From assembly GCF_009914755.1 (NCBI RefSeq), contig NC_060931.1: a stretch of 64,000 nt of DNA. One strand, 5' to 3'. A program made the position numbers and the translations under genes. The notes under the pieces are model-generated. The model searched no databases and was not told where the DNA came from. It worked only from the letters and a program-made list of their open reading frames with translations. The stretch is from the human T2T-CHM13v2.0 reference genome, Homo sapiens. This document shows, in pieces, positions 56,491-64,000 of the stretch (positions are counted from its first letter, which is position 1; each line of letters opens with the position of its first letter).

Positions 56491-57535
56491 AATATATTGG
56501 GTTATTAAAACCTAAAACTATGTTTCCTTTTAACTACTATAATAACCAACTAAGTGATTTTACTTGTTTGCTATAATTGTGTGATTTGGGGTCGGCTAGC
56601 TTGGGGAGTCTAACAACCTCAGTAATAAAATGTTCATGAGTGTTACCCATATAATCATCATTGTTGCTCAATCAAGTGTTCATCTGCTTTGATAACACTG
56701 TCTAAAAGAGTGTCTCCCGGAACTTTCAGTGTCCTATATATGGTTGAACCCAGGTAACTAAATTGGGGTTTGAGATTCACAAAATGTCGCAAAAATAATA
56801 GAGAATTTGCACTTATCAATCTTCCACAAATGTTAACATATTACAAAGCCATGATATATTTGTCAAAACTAGGAGATTTACCTTAGGAGTGCACTCTCAA
56901 ATAAATAAACTGAAGACTGTACTCAGATTTTACGAATCTGAATTTTTCAATTTTCCCAATCAGGATATCCCATTGCATTATTCATTATTTTCTAATCTGT
57001 GACTGTTTTTTATTCTTTCCTGGTTTTTCATAATTTTGACATTTTTGAACAGTACTATTCAGGTATTTTGTTAGTGTGTTCTTTAATTTGAGTTTATATA
57101 AACTTTCTCATTATTAGACTAGGATTATGCTTTTGGGGGAAGAGTACTACAAAAGAGAAGTGCTCTTATTATTACATGTTATCAGGAGACATGTGATGTC
57201 AACATGCGTTATCACTAGTAAAGTTAACTGCAATCACTTGATTAATATAATGTCTGCCAGGTTTCTCCACTGTAAAATTAGTAGATTTTTTTTTTCCTTA
57301 TCATACCCAATTATTTGGAAACAACTCAAATGCAGCCAACAACCAAAATGAGGGAAGTTATTCAAAATCTTTTAGGTGAAGTAGTAGCAACAATAATTTG
57401 TAATTCTTTAAAGACGCTTCGTTTCCTTGCCTCTATTTAATTATCTACTCATACATTTATAAAGTAAGAACTTAGGGATATTTACTTTAATCTTTGAATC
57501 ATATTCAGTTTATTTTTAGATATTGTCTGAAGCAT

Positions 57536-57660
57536 TCCACTAGAATGTAAGTTTCATGAAGGCAGAGATCTCATTTATCTTGCTCATCACCGTAACTCTG
57601 AGGCCTTAAATAATTTCTGGCACAGGATAAACATTCAATAAATATTGGTGAATGAAAGAT
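57536..57660 (+). mobile_element. L2 3' terminal fragment
   Basis: ccactagaatgtaagtttcatgaaggcag...ctggcaca...tcaataaatattggtgaatgaa. Confidence 0.7.
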
Positions 57661-57954
57661 GAAATAATATAAAATGTATATTTTTATGATAACTTTTACT
57701 CACCCTTCTTCATCCTTTAATTAAAACAGGAATGGACTTGAGGAAACCAAAGAATTTTTAACACACTCAATCATTATGTCCAGTGGAAAAATGTGAGATG
57801 TCTGTTTTGATGCTTTCACGTGTGGGGGGACTTTACAATCTTGGCAAAGAACCCTAAAGAAATTTGACCAATGTAAAAAGAAATTTAGCTTCAATCTAGC
57901 AATAATGGTAGACTGAGTATCTTACTGAGATTTGCACTAACTCAATACAACCTA

Positions 57955-58344
<390 letters not shown>

Positions 58345-58727
58345 TTAAAATATCATTAATCATTAAAAAAATTATGGCTTGCACCTGTTCTATACAAGGA
58401 AAAGTAGTTTTAAGGAATACTAAATTTAAGGGTACACATCTCATAATTAATATACTCATTCAATTACACATTCAATGTAAATATTAATACATTTATTCCA
58501 TTCATTACATTTGTATTGTAAACAAGGGAAATTAGATCTCAGATACCTTACTAAAATAGCTGATACATTCTAAAATAAGACAAGTCAATCTGAAGTTATG
58601 TTAACACATAACACAAAGATAAACTGATCTTGGAAAACTCTTGCAAAATTGCTTGAAATAGTATGCACAAGAAGTTAATGCATAGTTCAGGAGGCAATAA
58701 AATCGGGGAGAAGGAAGGTATTGTTCA

Positions 58728-59105
<378 letters not shown>

Positions 59106-59204
59106 TCATTTATCAAAATTCTTTTCAGATAAAAAATAGAATTAAATAGAAAAATAACCCAGGAAAAATAAGAAGAAACTATGTATGACTTGGGAAGAAC
59201 CAGG

Positions 59205-59362
59205 GCCCTTACTAAATGCATGATCTTGGACAAGGCACTCAACATCCTTCTCTTTTATATTAGGTGGAAGTGGTACCCACCTCAAAGTGCCATAGTGAGG
59301 TATAGATAAAGTAATGTATATAATGCAACTTCTACATAGTAATGGCTAAAAAATCGTTAGCC
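59205..59362 (+). mobile_element. Degenerate MIR fragment
   Basis: cttactaaatgcatgatcttggacaag...gtacccacctca. Confidence 0.5.
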
Positions 59363-62300
59363 AGGTTATAATTCTTGTTATTATTTCTATGCTTCAAAGC
59401 AAAGGAAAAACATAAAGGAAATATTGATATATGTGATTGAATTATAATTTTTAAAATATAAAAGTTAAATAATAAAATTATATGTAAATAGTACTATATT
59501 GTGTTATATTTATGTATAATTATACTATATTTGTTATTTTATTTTAACCATGTAATATTATCCATTTAAAAACTCTAAGACTACAAATGGGCAAAATGTA
59601 CAAATAGGTAATTCACAAAAGAAACACAAATGCCTAATAAATACATGAGAATATTCAGTATTGCAAAAGGTATGTTTATGTACTGCTATTGGAATTAAAA
59701 ATTATCAGTATGTTTTAAATGAACAACTATATGTATCAAAAGCCTCAAAAAGACTTTAACCATTACTAATTTAACTTATAAAAATCAATCTTACTAAAGA
59801 CACTAAAATTAAAACAATAATTACATGTACATTCGTCAATTGCAGAATTACTTATTATAGCAAAATCCTGAATGTCCACACATACGGTGATGGTTTAAAT
59901 AAATATGATACATGTATGACATAATATTATTTTCAAAAATTATGAAAATGAATTTATAATAATAGGAAAATGATAATGCTATAACTGTAACTGAAAAAGA
60001 ATAGCATGTTTTTCAATTGAACATATAACATGAACATTACGAAATATAAATAAGATAAAACAATAGCAAAATGTTAATAACGGTAGTTATGACTGTGTGG
60101 ATAGATTATGAAGAAATGTTGTTCCATTCCTGTTCTTTATTTCCTAAGCTTTATGTAATGCATAAGCATTATTTAAAACATTACAAATAGTAATTTATGT
60201 AAGTCCACGTGTATTAACCTGTAGAGAAAAAAAATCTATTGATTTTCTGGTTGAATACTTTAAAGCCTTAGTACAAAAAAGGAATGAGAGGGTGGGGATA
60301 GGGAACACTTCCTCCTGGAGCACAGCCTGCTCAGGTTAGCTGATCTCCAGGAAAACAGCCAAGGAAACTGTTTCACCTACACATTCGTGTGAGGTTCTAG
60401 AAACAATTACAGCTAAATCAGCCTTAAGAGAAAAACACAAATATTTTTAAATGTGGTGAAGTTCCTCCAATTTTCTCAAGCTTTTCTTTTAAATTCTGAA
60501 TTTTTTTTAGTTCTTTACAAATGAAGTGTCACAAAAGCGACTAATGAGCAAATAAACAAAAAAGAGATAATGAGACTTAGCCACAATGCCACACATTAAA
60601 ATTAAACACTGTTAAAATTTCAATGTCTTTCCAGAGATCTTTTTACATTAGTGCTTAAAAAGGAAAATGATTCCTGTGTCTGCAGTATTTATAAAATGTG
60701 AATAACAATAAGGAAAACAAGCCTTTTGCTAAGACATAATCTTATATGATGTGATCTCTCCCCAGGGGCCAATGGTAGCTGCATGACCTCTAGGTTAAAA
60801 GAAAATCGACTTTAAGAATGAACTCACACCCAAAAAGTGTATAATTATATAGGGTAAAATTGTGAGTGATGATGAACACGTTAGTAATTTGGGAAGCATG
60901 ACACAGACATATGTCTTCAATAATACAATGCCTCTATTAGCTACCTATCACAACTGAACACCTATTTATGCAGAACTCACTTGGGAAACCAGTCAGCTGA
61001 GAAAGATTGTGATAAGGGAGAAGATCAGGTACATGACTTTGGTCATGTGACTCATGCTTAGTGTCTGTGTCCACATCTTTATAATGAAGTAACACTAGCT
61101 ACCTAAAAGCATCACTGAGAGAACTAGTGAGTTTACATATGCAATAATGTCCGCAAGTGCAGGGAATTTATAAGCTGCAAAATAAATGTCAGATTAAAAC
61201 CCTTCTTACCATTTTGATCATATAACTTAGGATGCTGAGTTAATGGGCTTAGTGTTTTGACAGATTTAGACTTAGTCTCATTCCTTAGATCATGTGGATA
61301 AAAATGTGGTATCAATAATAAGAGTTGAACTGACAGGATAACTGGTCGAAGTATCATAAGTAGAAATAATGTCTATTTCATGACAGTATCATTAGATGAA
61401 TGGGGACTATGAACGAATTAGGGGAACTTGCATTTGAAAATCATGCCAAGGATAAGTAGAATTGTCAATAGAAATTCAGAGTGGCTTGGATAAGTAATGC
61501 AAGATAGCTGAGGGACAACCCAAGAAATCACACTTTATGTTTTTTCTTCTGCTTATTTTTTGAAGCATTTTGGAAGAAAATGTATTTGTCAAATGAAATA
61601 AGAATGAAAGAAGCCACTTGGGCTAGTTCACTATACAAGACAATGCTATGATCACAATCATATCGTGTTGTAAAAAGAGTGAACGTTACGTAAAGTTAAG
61701 TTGCAAAAAAAAAAAAAAAAACACATCCGATGTGAGTTCATGTACAAAACCTTTTTAATTTTGTCCATTTAAACCTGATGTGTTTGAAAGACATACACTT
61801 ACATATTCACAAGTATAAAGAAAAAAAGGTATGCTGGCTGCACAAATTTGGGGTTTGAGGAGAGAGATTCAGTGAGATAAGGCCATATGCCTCCAGAGTA
61901 TTGAATGTCCTGCAGGTACACTGTCTTTCAATTGTGATCAGAAAATACCTGGAGATTTCACTGCCAGGCTGAGTTCTTATTAGTCTTAGAATAGGAGGTG
62001 CTGAGCCCGTAAGTTTTACTCCATCAGTTAAGAAATGAAGTGACAGGTAACAACTGACAAAAACAAGCACTTTAGACACACAGTATTTTACTATTTGCAG
62101 GTAATACAGCTAAGCACCTGAGCCCTGGAGAACGACTGCCTGTATTCAAAACTCAGCTTTTTGACCTGCTACCTGTGACTGTAAGAGCACTATGCCTAAG
62201 AATATATGTTTTCTGCACTGTTTGATGGAAATGATGATAGATTGTATGCTACAGTTGTAAACTTTTATACAAGATATTGTCGGTGAAAGTGTTTCTGGAC

Positions 62301-62387
62301 TGCATGGAGCATAACACTAACAATTACTATTATTATTAGACTAGGTAATGTGGGAATAGTCTTTCAGATTAACTCAATACAAAATTA

Positions 62388-62738
<351 letters not shown>

Positions 62739-64000
62739 TCAATTAAAATTGATTCCCAAAACAAAAAATAAAGCAAATAAACTCACTATTGCACATAAAG
62801 ACCCTCTGAAATGTCAGGGTCTCTTAGTAAGTCATAAATGACTTAACTAACTTGCATGTTTCATAAATGCGATAAACAAATCAACAAAACTCTTTAGAAT
62901 GTACTTTTGAAACACTTAAGCTTTAAGAACTTTATTTTCATTTAATTCGAACAACCAATAGAGCTGGCTGCTCTTGAGTTAGGATGTCAAGTCACAGGAC
63001 CTACAAGGATTTCTCTTGGGCCTGGTCCTCTGGATTTGAATATCACCATTATTTCTCTACAACCAGTTTCTCCCAAAGTAGCCACATGCCTAAAAAATTC
63101 TATTTCTGCCAAATCATGGAATGCAACAAACTGAACTAATCTTTTAATGCTAACTCAACAGGTGTAAAGTGCTTTCAAACTAAAGTTTACTGCATTCTTG
63201 GATGCAGAAAAACATTAAAAATTTTAAAGTTATTTTCCAAAGTTTTGGAAGTATGCCTACTAAGCACAGGAAAACGAATGGGATGGAGGGGAGCAGGTTT
63301 GAAGGGGAAACAAGAAAAGCCCATGGCGAAAGGGAGAATTATTTAGTCTTTTTTAGGAAACCTTTTATCTGAGTAGTCTTTGGCCTGGAAGATACTTTTT
63401 CCATGAAATCCACAGAGGCCGAACAAAAAGCTCCACTTTCCAGCACTAAAAGTGGACAGAAGAGCAGGCAGTGAAACAGTTATCCTAAAATGCAACTCTT
63501 GTTTGAGGCTCCTGTGCTCCCAAATTACCCAAATAATAAGCACCACAAGGAACTGTCTGTATTTGAATACCAGAGTATCTTGTTGGCACAGTTGATAGAA
63601 AATCTTCAAATACTTATATTATATTTATTGATGGAAAACACTGTAATAAAGATGGCATCTATGAAATAGAAAGGTGAAAGAAACAATTCAGTCACTAAAA
63701 ATACCTCATCGTGGAAAAACCTTATCTAACTAAAAAATTATCAAATACTTATTATATAATTTTAAATTACAGAAGTGTTTATAAATCAAAATCAATTTCT
63801 CAACTTTAATAAGGAGAACAAAAAATCAGAGATACTAATTTACAAGTGGATCTCACAAGTGTAGCCTACGAAAAATAAGTCATTATAATTAGAATTATAT
63901 TTCTGCTTTTTATTTTGTTTGTAGTTATGGCAATTAAACTATACAAAGATATTATTTTCCAAATGATCTCTCTACAGAATTTTTTTTAGTACAAGATATT

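Overview
AT-rich primate (very probably human) genomic DNA carrying almost all of VWDE (von Willebrand factor D and EGF domain-containing protein) on the minus strand. I traced 28 GT-AG coding exons from 62677 down to the stop codon at 68-70. They total 4715 nt with consistent phases. With the 58-nt signal-peptide exon I recall lying outside the window, this gives a 1590-aa protein. Exon and residue numbers below assume that exon. Domain order: uromodulin/GP2-type D8C, Ig-like regions, VWD, linker, EGF, cadherin-like, EGFs, linker, nine short EGF repeats. Introns hold Alu, L1PA, old L1M, L2, MIR and MaLR LTR elements. The main discovery is two exon-like segments hidden in introns 18 and 19 that the 1590-aa splice path does not use. 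One is a frame-intact calcium-binding EGF exon whose donor reads GG instead of GT (23246-23383). The other is a 569-nt Ser/Thr-linker plus EGF exon with a frameshift and a nonsense codon (14289-14857). Together with a Cys-deficient EGF in exon 18, these suggest lineage-specific erosion of a central module of VWDE. No prokaryotic-type systems, CRISPR arrays or RNA genes were seen. All calls were made by eye; repeat subfamilies and reference comparisons come from recalled consensus sequences.
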